From Eubacteriales bacterium (lineage in GTDB: Bacteria > Bacillota > Clostridia > Oscillospirales > CAG-272), in the NCBI GenBank assembly GCA_045127455.1, contig JBGVQK010000054.1:3059-67058 (forward strand): DNA of 64,000 nucleotides, read 5' to 3'. The translations under genes and the position numbers were made by a program. Shown piece after piece: positions 8,998-18,517 of the stretch (its first letter is position 1; every line of letters starts with the position of its first letter). The notes under the pieces were generated by a model, which saw only the letters and a program-made list of their open reading frames with translations, was not told the DNA's origin and searched no databases.

Positions 8998-10145
8998 CGG
9001 TGAAACGTCTACTTTTGCTTTTGTTTTTTTGTTCGCTTTTGCTCTTGCACCTCTCCCCTGCCGTTTTTGCAGATGAAAAGAAGGAGGATGAAACGCTCCC
9101 CGATGGCTACCGAGACCTTTTAGAAAGTCTCCCGCCCGCGCTTTTGGAGCGTTTGCCCGAAGGGGCACTTTCGAGCAATGCAGAGGAGGTTGGAGGCGCG
9201 GTTGGCGAGATGAGCAGCTTTTCTTATCTTTTGCAAACGGTTCTTTCGTTGGTCGGCTTGCGATTGGGAGATTGCATTGGGCTTTTTTGCTCGGTGGTTG
9301 GCATTTTGATCCTTTCTGCAATTTCGCGCACCTTTTGCGCCTCGCTCAAAAGACCCGATCTCGGGCGTGCCTTTGCTTTTATGATAACGCTGATCATTAC
9401 GATCACGCTGTTTGCCTCTGGCTTTGGAACGATTGATGCAACTGTCTCTTATTTTCAAACGCTGAACACCTTTACATCTGCCTCTATCCCTCTTATGGGA
9501 AGTCTTTACGTAATGGGCGGCAATGCCGCGGCGGCGGTTGCGACCTCGGCAGGGCTTTCGTTGTTTATGACTGTTCTTGAGGAAATTGTAGGTAGGAGTA
9601 TTGTTCCCTTTTGCGGCATTTGCCTCGCCCTTGCCTTGATCGGCGCGTGTGACGGGCGCCCTCGCTTGGGCGGACTTTTGACAAGCCTGAAGAAGAATTA
9701 CACGCTGATGCTCTCCTTTTTTATGATGCTGCTTTTGGCAATGCTCTCCTCGCAGACCATTTTAGGTGCAAGTCAGGATACACTTGCGATGCGAAGTGCA
9801 AAATTTGCGGCTGGGAGTATCATTCCCGTTGTGGGTGGCTCTATTTCCGAGCTTTTGCGCTCGGTGAGTGCAAGTGTTGGCTATATGCGCACGTCGGTTG
9901 GCATTTGCGGTGTTCTGCTTTTGCTCCTTTTGATGCTACCAACACTTGTGGAGCTTCTCCTTGCTCGTGCGACCTGGCAGGTATGCGCCTTTTTTGCCGA
10001 AATTTTGGGGTGCGACGGAGAAAAACGCTTGCTTGACGAATTCGCATCTATTAACGGCTACCTGATTGCGGCGGTTGCCATTTGCTCGTCGGTCCTCTTT
10101 CTCACCTTCACACTCCTGACCCATTGCGCTACGGCACTTGCTTGA
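8994..10145 (+). CDS. spoIIIAE: Stage III sporulation protein AE
   Basis: Polytopic membrane protein; RSAKFAAGSIIPVVGG, DGEKRL. Confidence 0.9.
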   Translation: MTVKRLLLLLFFCSLLLLHLSPAVFADEKKEDETLPDGYRDLLESLPPALLERLPEGALSSNAEEVGGAVGEMSSFSYLLQTVLSLVGLRLGDCIGLFCSVVGILILSAISRTFCASLKRPDLGRAFAFMITLIITITLFASGFGTIDATVSYFQTLNTFTSASIPLMGSLYVMGGNAAAAVATSAGLSLFMTVLEEIVGRSIVPFCGICLALALIGACDGRPRLGGLLTSLKKNYTLMLSFFMMLLLAMLSSQTILGASQDTLAMRSAKFAAGSIIPVVGGSISELLRSVSASVGYMRTSVGICGVLLLLLLMLPTLVELLLARATWQVCAFFAEILGCDGEKRLLDEFASINGYLIAAVAICSSVLFLTFTLLTHCATALA

Positions 10146-10148
10146 ATT

Positions 10149-10649
10149 ATGGAAGATATCAAGGCTTATATCCTTTCAATTTTCGCCACTGCCCTCCTCA
10201 TTACGGTGGTGGACATCCTTGCGCCTGCAAGTCCCGGGAGTGGGCTCTCGGGGCATCTCAAGCTTGTCTCGGCTCTTGTGTTCGTTTGTCTGCTGATCTC
10301 GCCCACCGTCTCGCTGGCAGAGCGGCTTGTGGAGTTTGCCAACGGAGATTGGGAGCTTGACGTTGAGGGCGACGTGAATGACCATTATTCCAATGAGCTA
10401 CAAGGCGCGCTTGATACTGCCTCGAAGGACTATTTTGAGGGAATGCTGACAAAAACGCTTTGCGAGGAGTTTGAAATTGCCGAGGATGACCTGCGTTGCC
10501 GTGTGGAATGGGGTGGCGAGGGCGAGAATTTGCGCCCCAAGAAGGTAACGGTCATTCTTTCGGGCAGAGCCATTTGGAAAAATCCTGCCACGATTGAGGA
10601 ATACGTTTCTTCCCTTTTGAATTGCGATTGTGTGAGCGCAATTGAATAA
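10149..10649 (+). CDS. spoIIIAF: Stage III sporulation protein AF
   Basis: Two N-terminal TMs, LKLVSAL..LISP, acidic soluble domain; gene order. Confidence 0.75.
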   Translation: MEDIKAYILSIFATALLITVVDILAPASPGSGLSGHLKLVSALVFVCLLISPTVSLAERLVEFANGDWELDVEGDVNDHYSNELQGALDTASKDYFEGMLTKTLCEEFEIAEDDLRCRVEWGGEGENLRPKKVTVILSGRAIWKNPATIEEYVSSLLNCDCVSAIE

Positions 10650-10674
10650 AACGCAAAAGCAGATAGGAGTTTTT

Positions 10675-11178
10675 ATGTTTGATTTTTTGAAAAAAGGAAA
10701 TTTCAAGGAGAACGGTCGCTTGCGACTTTACCTTTTGCTCGGGTGCGGTGTGCTTGGAATTTTGCTTCTTCTTTTTGGAAGTAGCGAAAAAAAGGTGCAA
10801 CAAGCCACCGAAGAAACACCTTACAGCACCGCGAGCGACGAGTTGGTCATTTATCAGGACTATCTTGAATCCCGCATCAAAAAGCTCTGCGAGTCGGTCA
10901 GCGGTGTTGGCAACGTGACCGTTGTTGTCACGCTCTCGGGCAGTTTTGAGTCGGTCTATGCCACCGAGTGGCCTGACGGAAACGAGGAATACGTCATTCT
11001 CGGTAGCGGTTCTTCCGCATCCCCCATCTACCTCTCTCGCTCCGCTCCCGAGATCGCCGGCATCGGCATCGTCTGCTCGGGTGGCTCCAACGACAATATT
11101 CGGCGCGAGCTGATCTCATTGCTCTCCGCAACTTTTCATATCAGTTCGAATAGGATTTATATTGCGGAGGCGGGATAG
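10675..11178 (+). CDS. spoIIIAG: Stage III sporulation protein AG
   Basis: TM followed by YLESRIKKLCESVSGVGNVTVVVTL and PEIAGIGIVCSGG..ISSNRIYI; start MFDFL after AGGAG. Confidence 0.88.
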   Translation: MFDFLKKGNFKENGRLRLYLLLGCGVLGILLLLFGSSEKKVQQATEETPYSTASDELVIYQDYLESRIKKLCESVSGVGNVTVVVTLSGSFESVYATEWPDGNEEYVILGSGSSASPIYLSRSAPEIAGIGIVCSGGSNDNIRRELISLLSATFHISSNRIYIAEAG

Positions 11179-11314
11179 GGACGCGGCTTTTGTGCGAAAA
11201 CCTCTTGTGCATAAAAAGATGCTGCGCCATTTGAAAACATAAGGCGTGACTTGGAAATCATTGACATACAAGGATACGCCAACGAGCCAAAATACGACCA
11301 AAGATCCATATAGA

Positions 11315-11353
11315 GTGAGGAGATCCGCCAGAAAATTAGGCGGATCTCCTCAC
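11315..11353. terminator. Strong hairpin between convergent spoIIIA and TCS/ABC operons
   Basis: GTGAGGAGATCCGCC-9nt-GGCGGATCTCCTCAC, a perfect 15-bp stem. Confidence 0.7.
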
Positions 11354-11456
11354 TTAAAAAAACGAAGCTATATTTTTAGTCGGCATTTATCCTTGCTTAT
11401 AAAAATGTTTTTTACTTCGCACCGAGTAGATCAGAAACTATGATCTATTCACATTT

Positions 11457-11867
11457 TTATTTCATTAACTCGTCGGTAAGGCGAATGATCTCGGGTGCGA
11501 GCTGCTTGCGCTTTGCCTTGACGATGGCGTTATAGATGGGATATGCAAGACTTGCAAGCACGCCGCCTACAATGCCAATGATAATGCCAATAGGCATTGC
11601 TATGTTTTGATATGTGCCGAGAATTTTGCTAAGATCGGTCATGATCAGGCTCATTCCAAAGCCAAGGATAAGGGTGCCGATTACACCAAACACAAGCGCT
11701 ACCGCTTGTGCGGTTTTCGTTACGCTTGCATCCAATCGGCGCAGGCGCGCCATTTTGTCCTCAACCTCGGTCGGCTTTGTATATTTATCGCGGATCTGCT
11801 TGAGCTCCGCCTGCTCTTTTGCCGAGTAGGTGTAGCGAAATCCGTTTTGCTGGTTATTGTTCTGCAT
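11457..11867 (-). CDS. Small two-TM membrane protein (paralog of 18518-18880)
   Basis: KQIRDKY..LRRLDASV..GFGMSL..YPIYNAIVKAKRKQLAPEIIRLTDEL, similar to the 18518-18880 product. Confidence 0.8.
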   Translation of the reverse strand: MQNNNQQNGFRYTYSAKEQAELKQIRDKYTKPTEVEDKMARLRRLDASVTKTAQAVALVFGVIGTLILGFGMSLIMTDLSKILGTYQNIAMPIGIIIGIVGGVLASLAYPIYNAIVKAKRKQLAPEIIRLTDELMK

Positions 11868-11881
11868 TTTTTACCTCTGTG

Positions 11882-12751
11882 TTACATTTTTTTGAGCTTT
11901 TGTGTGCCCTGCACGATCATATAAATTGCCATTGCCACCACCGTTATCGAAACGGCAGCGCCAACACTGCCAAGCAGCATTTTTCGTGTGAAGGCGTCCA
12001 TCGTTCCGTCGTTAAAGGTCGTCAGCATAGTAGATGTCAGCGTTAGCATTGACACGCAAGCCGCGGCAAAGCTGATGGCTTTGGATGCCGAAAAAACAGG
12101 GCTGTTATATTTCTTGTATTTTACCACGTTGACGATTGCGGTTGTAAAGGTGGTAAAGGTGTATGCCGCCATTGTGATCGCTGTGATCATATGGTGCTGA
12201 AAGGTTCTGCCCCAATAGACCATAAAGAAAACAATGAGCGAGAGCGCAAGGTTCATAACGAGAAAGACCCAGCCGCAAGCGCGGTATTTGATAAGCTCGG
12301 TTTGCATCCTCTCTCCGGGGGCGTATTTTGTTGTGTGGCGCACCAAAAAGAAGCGCATAATACCAAGGCAAATATAGTAAGCGCCAAGCGAATAGAACCA
12401 AAAGGTGTGGTGATAAAATCCGAGCCATACCTGAAAGATTCCGTAAAGGGCGTTCCACGCAAACGAGCCGTAAAGCGATACGTTTACGCGCAGGCGTGGA
12501 TCGTTCAACCACTTTTGTGCGTACTTGTTTTCTTTTTTAAATCTTTTGAAAAACCGAATGATGTTCGGTATCTTCATACACCAGATCGTTAAGGTGTAGG
12601 CGGCAAGAACGTAAGAAATGTAGGCTATGGGCGACTCTGTCCCCACAAACACCATAGAGCCAACAAGCAAAACGGTGGCGAGGGGAACGAGCGCGATCAT
12701 AATGGCAATGTGCGGGAAGAGCAATGCCTTACCGAGCTTTTTCCAATCCAT
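11882..12751 (-). CDS. Uncharacterised polytopic membrane protein
   Basis: About 289 aa from MDWKK, 7-8 hydrophobic segments; overlaps the end of the histidine kinase gene. Confidence 0.75.
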   Translation of the reverse strand: MDWKKLGKALLFPHIAIMIALVPLATVLLVGSMVFVGTESPIAYISYVLAAYTLTIWCMKIPNIIRFFKRFKKENKYAQKWLNDPRLRVNVSLYGSFAWNALYGIFQVWLGFYHHTFWFYSLGAYYICLGIMRFFLVRHTTKYAPGERMQTELIKYRACGWVFLVMNLALSLIVFFMVYWGRTFQHHMITAITMAAYTFTTFTTAIVNVVKYKKYNSPVFSASKAISFAAACVSMLTLTSTMLTTFNDGTMDAFTRKMLLGSVGAAVSITVVAMAIYMIVQGTQKLKKM

Positions 12752-13820
12752 TTTCTGCCCTCCTGATTCTAACGGTAAAGGTTGTACCAACACCGATGGT
12801 GCTCTCGACCCCGATCTCTCCTTGCATAATATCGACCACGCGCTTGACGAGCGCGAGCCCAAGACCGTTGCCCTGCGTTGCGTGAGAGGTGTCACCCTGA
12901 TAGAACTTTTCAAAGATGTGTGCGCCAACCTCGGCACTCATTCCGCACCCCGTATCGGTTACTTTTACGGTGGCATAGCTTTGGTCTGCCGCGAGCGAAA
13001 GGCTTACTCTGCCGCCCTCCTCGGTGAATTTAAAAGCATTGGAGAAAAGGTTGTTCCAAACAAGCGATAGAAGCTCGGCATCGGCACAAACAATAACTCC
13101 GTCTGCAATATCGGTTTCAATTTCAATATTTTTTCTTTCCCAAACGCTTTCGTATTGCAAAAGGCTCTGGCAGAGCTGCTCGCCAAGGTCGAAGGTGGTG
13201 GGGTTGGGATAGATCTGTTGATTTTCGAGTCGGTTGAGCTTGAGAATGTTCGTCATCATATCGGCAAGACGGCGAGAGGCATCGCCAATTGCTTTTGCAT
13301 ATTCAACACGCTTCTCTTCTGAAAGCTCGGGCGCTTGCAAAAGCGTGGCGTAATTTTGCATAACGGCAAGCGGCGTTTTCATTTCGTGCGACACGTTGGC
13401 AATAAAATCGGTGCGCAGCGTTTCAACACCCGAGAGCTCCTCTGCCATAGAATTGATGGTTTCGCCAATTTGATTAAAGCCTTCCATTCCCGCTCCGTGC
13501 ATTTGCTCCACACGAACCGAAAAATCTCCGTTCATCATTTTTCCGGCGGCTTCGGTAATGATCTTTACGGGCTTTTCAACCATGATCTTTCGACGAACGT
13601 AGTCGACTATTTTGAAAAGCGCCGTAATAATTAAAACGTTTAAAAACGTGATTTTTGCCGCCTCGGCAATGTTTTCGGGGGTGTAACGCAATCCCATTTT
13701 TGTGGAAAGCACCTGCAAAAAGAGCATCATGCAGCAGGAGACCACAAAGCCGACCATCAAAAAGAACAAAAGAAAGCTACTGAACTCCCGAAGAACTCCG
13801 CGAAAGGTGATCTTTTTCAT
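12729..13820 (-). CDS. Sensor histidine kinase (2 TM, HAMP)
   Basis: DFIANVSHEMKTPL (H-box), NLFSNAFKFT (N), DTGCGM (G1), IFEKFYQGD (F), GNGLGLA (G2). Confidence 0.96.
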   Translation of the reverse strand: MKKITFRGVLREFSSFLLFFLMVGFVVSCCMMLFLQVLSTKMGLRYTPENIAEAAKITFLNVLIITALFKIVDYVRRKIMVEKPVKIITEAAGKMMNGDFSVRVEQMHGAGMEGFNQIGETINSMAEELSGVETLRTDFIANVSHEMKTPLAVMQNYATLLQAPELSEEKRVEYAKAIGDASRRLADMMTNILKLNRLENQQIYPNPTTFDLGEQLCQSLLQYESVWERKNIEIETDIADGVIVCADAELLSLVWNNLFSNAFKFTEEGGRVSLSLAADQSYATVKVTDTGCGMSAEVGAHIFEKFYQGDTSHATQGNGLGLALVKRVVDIMQGEIGVESTIGVGTTFTVRIRRAENGLEKAR

Positions 13821-14488
13821 TTGATCACCGCCTTATAGCCCAAGCCGTGAACGGTTTGAATTTCAAAGGACTCGCAAGCCGAAAGCTTTGCGCGCAGCTT
13901 TGTCATATAGACGTCGACCGTTCTCGTGCCCGTTTGCGTGTCCACGTCCCAAAATTCATCCATCAGCTGTGTGCGCGTAAAGGTCTTTTTGGGGTAAGAA
14001 AGAAGCTTATAAAGCAGGTCGAATTCCCTTGCCGTTAGGGGTATCTCCTCTCCGTCAAGCATCGCGCTCCGCTCGTCGGCATCCATTACGAAGTTGCCAA
14101 CCTCAAGGCGACGGCTCGATGCGATCTTGGAGCGGCGAAGCAGTGCACCAATGCGCAAAAACAGCTCGTCAAGATCAATCGGCTTGGTCATATAATCGTC
14201 AATGCCAATGCGGTATCCTCTTTGCTTGGACGCAAAATCGTCGCGCGCGGTCATAAACAAAATGGGAATGTCGTTATTGAGCGAGCGCACGGTCTTTGCA
14301 AACTCAAAGCCGTCGATGTTTGGCATCATAATGTCGGAAACAATGCAATCAAAGGTGTTTTTATACATCTCGTCGTAGGCACTTTCCGCATCAAGACAGC
14401 CGATCGCTTCGTAGCCCGAATTGTTCAAAAAGGAGCACACACTGCGGTTCAGGTCTCTGTCATCCTCAACGATCAAAATTTTGAACAT
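13817..14488 (-). CDS. OmpR-family response regulator
   Basis: ILIVEDD, SDIMMP, FMTARD, DDYMTKP, RTVDVYMTKLR, TVHGLGY; start MFKIL after GGAGG. Confidence 0.96.
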   Translation of the reverse strand: MFKILIVEDDRDLNRSVCSFLNNSGYEAIGCLDAESAYDEMYKNTFDCIVSDIMMPNIDGFEFAKTVRSLNNDIPILFMTARDDFASKQRGYRIGIDDYMTKPIDLDELFLRIGALLRRSKIASSRRLEVGNFVMDADERSAMLDGEEIPLTAREFDLLYKLLSYPKKTFTRTQLMDEFWDVDTQTGTRTVDVYMTKLRAKLSACESFEIQTVHGLGYKAVIK

Positions 14489-14623
14489 ATTGACCTCCAA
14501 AAAACAGATTTTGGGATTGTATGTATTTATTATAACACCCAAATGTTAAAGTTTTGTTTACGTTTTGGGCAATTGAATAAAAATTTTGAGGACAACGCAA
14601 CTTTTTTTGCGTTGTCCTCGGTC

Positions 14624-15388
14624 TTATACGAGACTTGTTCTTTTGAGAATGATCTTGCTGATGCCACCCAAACCAAAGGCGAACATCGCTCCGCCTGCGG
14701 CGCAAAGCGCCACGTTGATGACGGTCGAGTTTAAGGGTGTGATCATAGAAACCATCATAAAGAGGAGCATTCCGCCGCCAAGGCTACCGCAAATGGCAAG
14801 CCACGCCTTTTGCTTTGCCGCCACGCTGATGAGAACAAAAATAGAAACGAATACAAGCATAAGAAATATCTTGGCAAGCATACACATTACGAGGTTTACC
14901 GCGTTGAGCCCAAAAAGGTCAAAGGAAAGCCCTGCGATGGCGCCGCCGAAGATAGAGCCTACAAAATACGCGATCAGCATCAAGGCACCGCAGACAAATC
15001 CACAAAGGGTTTTGGAGATGACGTATTCCCCTCTTTTTGCGCGGACGGTAAACAGATTTTTGGCGTATCCGCTGCGAAAATCATCGGAAATAAAGAGACA
15101 AACAAATACGGCTACTGCCATAAACATCATATTGATGTTGCACATCATAAACACCTCGTTGCCGCCCATCGCTTCCCCACCGGGGAGCGTGCCGACGTTC
15201 TGCCAGGTGTTCTCGGGGCCCTGCATAACCGTTTCTACCCCCGTTTGCGGATCGACAGACACGCTGCCGTCCATCATAGCCATCATCACCGTCATCAAAA
15301 CGGGCATCAAAAGAGAGACCGCAAGCAGAATATAGAACAGGCGGGATTTGAACATTCTGCGCGCATCTACCGCCAGCATACTTTTCAT
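14624..15388 (-). CDS. ABC-2 type permease
   Basis: About 6 TMs; FISDDFRSGYAKNLFT motif shared with the 16351-17193 product. Confidence 0.85.
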   Translation of the reverse strand: MKSMLAVDARRMFKSRLFYILLAVSLLMPVLMTVMMAMMDGSVSVDPQTGVETVMQGPENTWQNVGTLPGGEAMGGNEVFMMCNINMMFMAVAVFVCLFISDDFRSGYAKNLFTVRAKRGEYVISKTLCGFVCGALMLIAYFVGSIFGGAIAGLSFDLFGLNAVNLVMCMLAKIFLMLVFVSIFVLISVAAKQKAWLAICGSLGGGMLLFMMVSMITPLNSTVINVALCAAGGAMFAFGLGGISKIILKRTSLV

Positions 15389-15435
15389 CCGCTTTGCAAA
15401 ACTGCTTTTTTCAAAAACGATTTTCTTTTCCGTTC

Positions 15436-16335
15436 TTATCTGCCTCCCTTCATCAAGTCAATGTAGTATTCTTCAAGACCGATCTTGTCGGTTTTGATCT
15501 CGCTTACGCAAATGCCGTTTTTGTAGAGGTAGGTTACGATCTCCTCGGGCGTGGTTAGATCATACACGCGAAGGTAGCCTGCTTCGTCTTCTTCCACACG
15601 GGAATATTTACAGCCAAGCAGCATTTTGGTTCTGTTCATTTCGCTGCTTTGAAGCGCAACGTAGGTGCGACAGCTTGCATCAAGCTCGTCCGCCGTCATT
15701 TCTACAAGCATTTTGCCGTGGCGGATAATGCCATAGTGCGTTGCCACCTTTTGCAGTTCACCAAGCAAGTGAGAGGAAACGATGATACTACGCGTGCCAT
15801 CCTTGATGATGTCAAGGAACACCTCACGCATAATGCGCATACCGTCGGCATCAAGTCCGTTGAGGGGCTCGTCGAGCACGAGCAGCGTGGGCTCTCCCAA
15901 AAGCGCCATAGCAATGCCGACTCTCTGCTTCATACCAAGCGAGCAGTTCTTATATTTGTTCCCTGCCGCGCCCTCCATTCTCACCATTTTGAGAGCCTTG
16001 ATGACCTCTTGCTCGGCATTGGGGATAGAAAGGTTTGCCGCCTGAAGCATCATATTATCGAACACGGTGAGCCCGGGAAAGCAACCGGGGGCTTCGATGA
16101 GAACGCCCATTTTTGCACGTACGTCTGCGTCGGTGTAGTCCTTGCCGTAGAGCTTGATGGAGCCGCCGCTTGTGGGAATAAGACCGCAGATCATTTTTTC
16201 GGTGGTGGATTTTCCGCTTCCGTTTTCACCGATAAAGCCGTAGATCGCACCCATGGGGACCGTCATATCAAGGCCGCAAACCGCCTGCTTGGGGCCAAAA
16301 TTTTTAGATAAGCTTTTGATTTCTACTGCATTCAT
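15436..16335 (-). CDS. ABC transporter ATP-binding protein, BcrA/LanF-like
   Basis: GENGSGKST, LIEAPG (E-loop), CSLGMKQR, LDEPLNGLD, SSHLL. Confidence 0.93.
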   Translation of the reverse strand: MNAVEIKSLSKNFGPKQAVCGLDMTVPMGAIYGFIGENGSGKSTTEKMICGLIPTSGGSIKLYGKDYTDADVRAKMGVLIEAPGCFPGLTVFDNMMLQAANLSIPNAEQEVIKALKMVRMEGAAGNKYKNCSLGMKQRVGIAMALLGEPTLLVLDEPLNGLDADGMRIMREVFLDIIKDGTRSIIVSSHLLGELQKVATHYGIIRHGKMLVEMTADELDASCRTYVALQSSEMNRTKMLLGCKYSRVEEDEAGYLRVYDLTTPEEIVTYLYKNGICVSEIKTDKIGLEEYYIDLMKGGR

Positions 16336-16350
16336 TTTTCTGCCCCCTTT

Positions 16351-17193
16351 TTAATATACGTCACAATTGTTGAGCAGCTTTGTGCCCGCTACGTTATAGA
16401 TAACCGCCCAAACGACCGAAACCGCTATGCAGATCAGCAAGGAAGGAATGCCGCTTGAGAGGTTGGCATTGACCGATGCCCCGTAAAGGAAAATGTTGAG
16501 AAAAGCCGTGGGGATAGAAAGATTTTCGACAATTGCCGCCACACCGATGATGAGAATGCCTGTTCCAAAGAAGAACGAGGATGCAATGGAGATGCCGAAA
16601 TACCTTCTGAAAATAACGTTGAGGAAGGTGTAAAGGCTCGCCCAACCCAAGCTCATAATCATCTTGCCGAAAATGGCGATGAGTAAGGAGCCTACGTTTA
16701 CGTCGGTCTCATAACCGACAAGCAGACCGCCTACGGTGCCGCCGATAAAATAGGTGATGCACATACACGCCATTGCAAAAGCACACGTAAGAGATTTGGA
16801 GATCATATAATCCTGCTTTTTTGCGTGCGTGGTAAAGAGCTGCTTGACATATCCGCTCTTATAATCGTGACCGATAAAAATAGACACCATAATGCCGCCA
16901 AAAATGAATACCATATTCATATTGGCGTAGTCGGCAATGGTCTCAATGACGTAAAGAGATTTGGTAGCGGCAATGATCTGCCATACGTTGGAATAAAGCG
17001 GCTCCATGGTGTTGCCGTTTTGATCGGGCATCATGGTCATTGCCGATACCATTGCGGGAATGATGGCGGCAATCGCCAAGAAAATGTAGAAAAGCGGCGT
17101 GTGGAACAAACGGTAAAAATCCACACCAAGCATACCTTTTATACGGCGAGAAAAGGTGGGCGATTCAAATTTGATTTCACGTGCTGTATTCAT
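16351..17193 (-). CDS. ABC-2 type permease
   Basis: About 6 TMs; FIGHDYKSGYVKQLFT. Confidence 0.85.
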   Translation of the reverse strand: MNTAREIKFESPTFSRRIKGMLGVDFYRLFHTPLFYIFLAIAAIIPAMVSAMTMMPDQNGNTMEPLYSNVWQIIAATKSLYVIETIADYANMNMVFIFGGIMVSIFIGHDYKSGYVKQLFTTHAKKQDYMISKSLTCAFAMACMCITYFIGGTVGGLLVGYETDVNVGSLLIAIFGKMIMSLGWASLYTFLNVIFRRYFGISIASSFFFGTGILIIGVAAIVENLSIPTAFLNIFLYGASVNANLSSGIPSLLICIAVSVVWAVIYNVAGTKLLNNCDVY

Positions 17194-18095
17194 TATTCTG
17201 CCTCCTTTTTCGACATAAGCTCGATGTAATATTCTTCAAGGCCGATCTTGTTCTTTTTAATCTCGCTGACAACGTGACCGTTCTCCATCAAAAAGGCAAC
17301 GATCTCTTCAACGTTATCCACGTCATAAATGCGAATGTAGCCGTCCTCTTGTCTTACGTCGGCATATTTTTGGGTCAAAAGGAACCAAGCCTTTTGCATT
17401 TCGGCGGTTTTGAGCGAGGTAAAGACCTGTGCTCTTGCATCCATCTCTTCGGCAGAAAGCTCCATGATCATCTTCCCCTGACGGATAATGCCGTAGTGCG
17501 TTGCAATCTTTTCAAGCTCGCCAAGAATATGCGAGGAGATCAGGACGGTGCAGCCGTATTTCTTTGTGATATCCACAAGAATTTCGCGCATCATACGCAT
17601 ACCGTCGGTATCAAGACCGTTGATGGGCTCGTCGAGAATAAGGAGTGCGGGGTCACCGAGAAGCGCCATAGCAATGCCGATGCGCTGCTTCATGCCAAGC
17701 GAGCAGCTCTTGAATTTGAGATTTGCATTTTCCTCCATGCGCACGATCTCAAGCACGCGGTGGATCTCCTCATCGGCGTTTTCAATGCCGAGGTTGATGC
17801 ATTGCATCATCAAATTTTGGTAAACGGACGAGCCGGGAAAGCAGCCCGCATTCTCGATCAACGCGCCAACGCGCACACGCACACCGGGATCGGTATACTC
17901 TCTGCCGAACAGTTTAATGTCACCGCCGTCGGGAACGAGATGACCGCAAATAAGCTTCATCGTGGTCGATTTACCTGAGCCGTTCTCTCCGATAAAGCCG
18001 TAGATCGCGCCCTGCGGAACGGTCATATTCAGATGATCGACCGCATACATGGAACGAAAGCTTTTTGAAAGATTTCTAATTTCAATAGCGTTCAT
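17193..18095 (-). CDS. ABC transporter ATP-binding protein, BcrA/LanF-like (paralog of 15436-16335)
   Basis: GENGSGKST, LIENAGCFP, CSLGMKQR, LDEPINGLD; the same KIGLEEYYI C-terminus. Confidence 0.93.
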   Translation of the reverse strand: MNAIEIRNLSKSFRSMYAVDHLNMTVPQGAIYGFIGENGSGKSTTMKLICGHLVPDGGDIKLFGREYTDPGVRVRVGALIENAGCFPGSSVYQNLMMQCINLGIENADEEIHRVLEIVRMEENANLKFKSCSLGMKQRIGIAMALLGDPALLILDEPINGLDTDGMRMMREILVDITKKYGCTVLISSHILGELEKIATHYGIIRQGKMIMELSAEEMDARAQVFTSLKTAEMQKAWFLLTQKYADVRQEDGYIRIYDVDNVEEIVAFLMENGHVVSEIKKNKIGLEEYYIELMSKKEAE

Positions 18096-18172
18096 TTTTT
18101 ACTCCTTCGTTTTTATCTGTAAACGCAACACGAGCGAGCCGTCCCTCGACGCCTCGCTGATGTTGATGTTTT

Positions 18173-18481
18173 TTACTTCTTTTTTGCTGCGTCGTAGCGA
18201 GCGTTGGCTGCTTCGATTCTTTCGTTTGCCTGTGCGATTTGCGCGTTGCGCTCCTCTTGTGCGCGAGTGGCTCTTTCGGAAGGGCTCATGTGAGCGTCAT
18301 CCCAATTCTTTTTTGCATCAGCCTTTGCCTTTGCATAGGTGTTGTGGAACTTGTTCTCTTCAAAGTTTGCCTTTGCCTCTGCCTTTGCTGCTGCAAAGTT
18401 TGCCTTGTCAACTTCGTGTTGCGCCTTTGCGCTATCCTTCATATCACCGAATGCCTTTTTGAAAAATGCTTTGATTCCCAT
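18173..18481 (-). CDS. Small Ala/Lys/Glu-rich helical protein of unknown function
   Basis: 102 aa, AAAGGAG RBS, amphipathic N-terminus MGIKAFFKKAF; located inside the operon. Confidence 0.8.
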   Translation of the reverse strand: MGIKAFFKKAFGDMKDSAKAQHEVDKANFAAAKAEAKANFEENKFHNTYAKAKADAKKNWDDAHMSPSERATRAQEERNAQIAQANERIEAANARYDAAKKK

Positions 18482-18517
18482 TTGTTTTTCTCCTTTTGAT
18501 TTGAATTTATTTTTATT

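Noticed and set aside
11180-11314. Possible small RNA or spoIIIAH remnant after spoIIIAG (TTGACA near 11262)
   Set aside because: No matching -10, and the short ORFs show no SpoIIIAH-like sequence.
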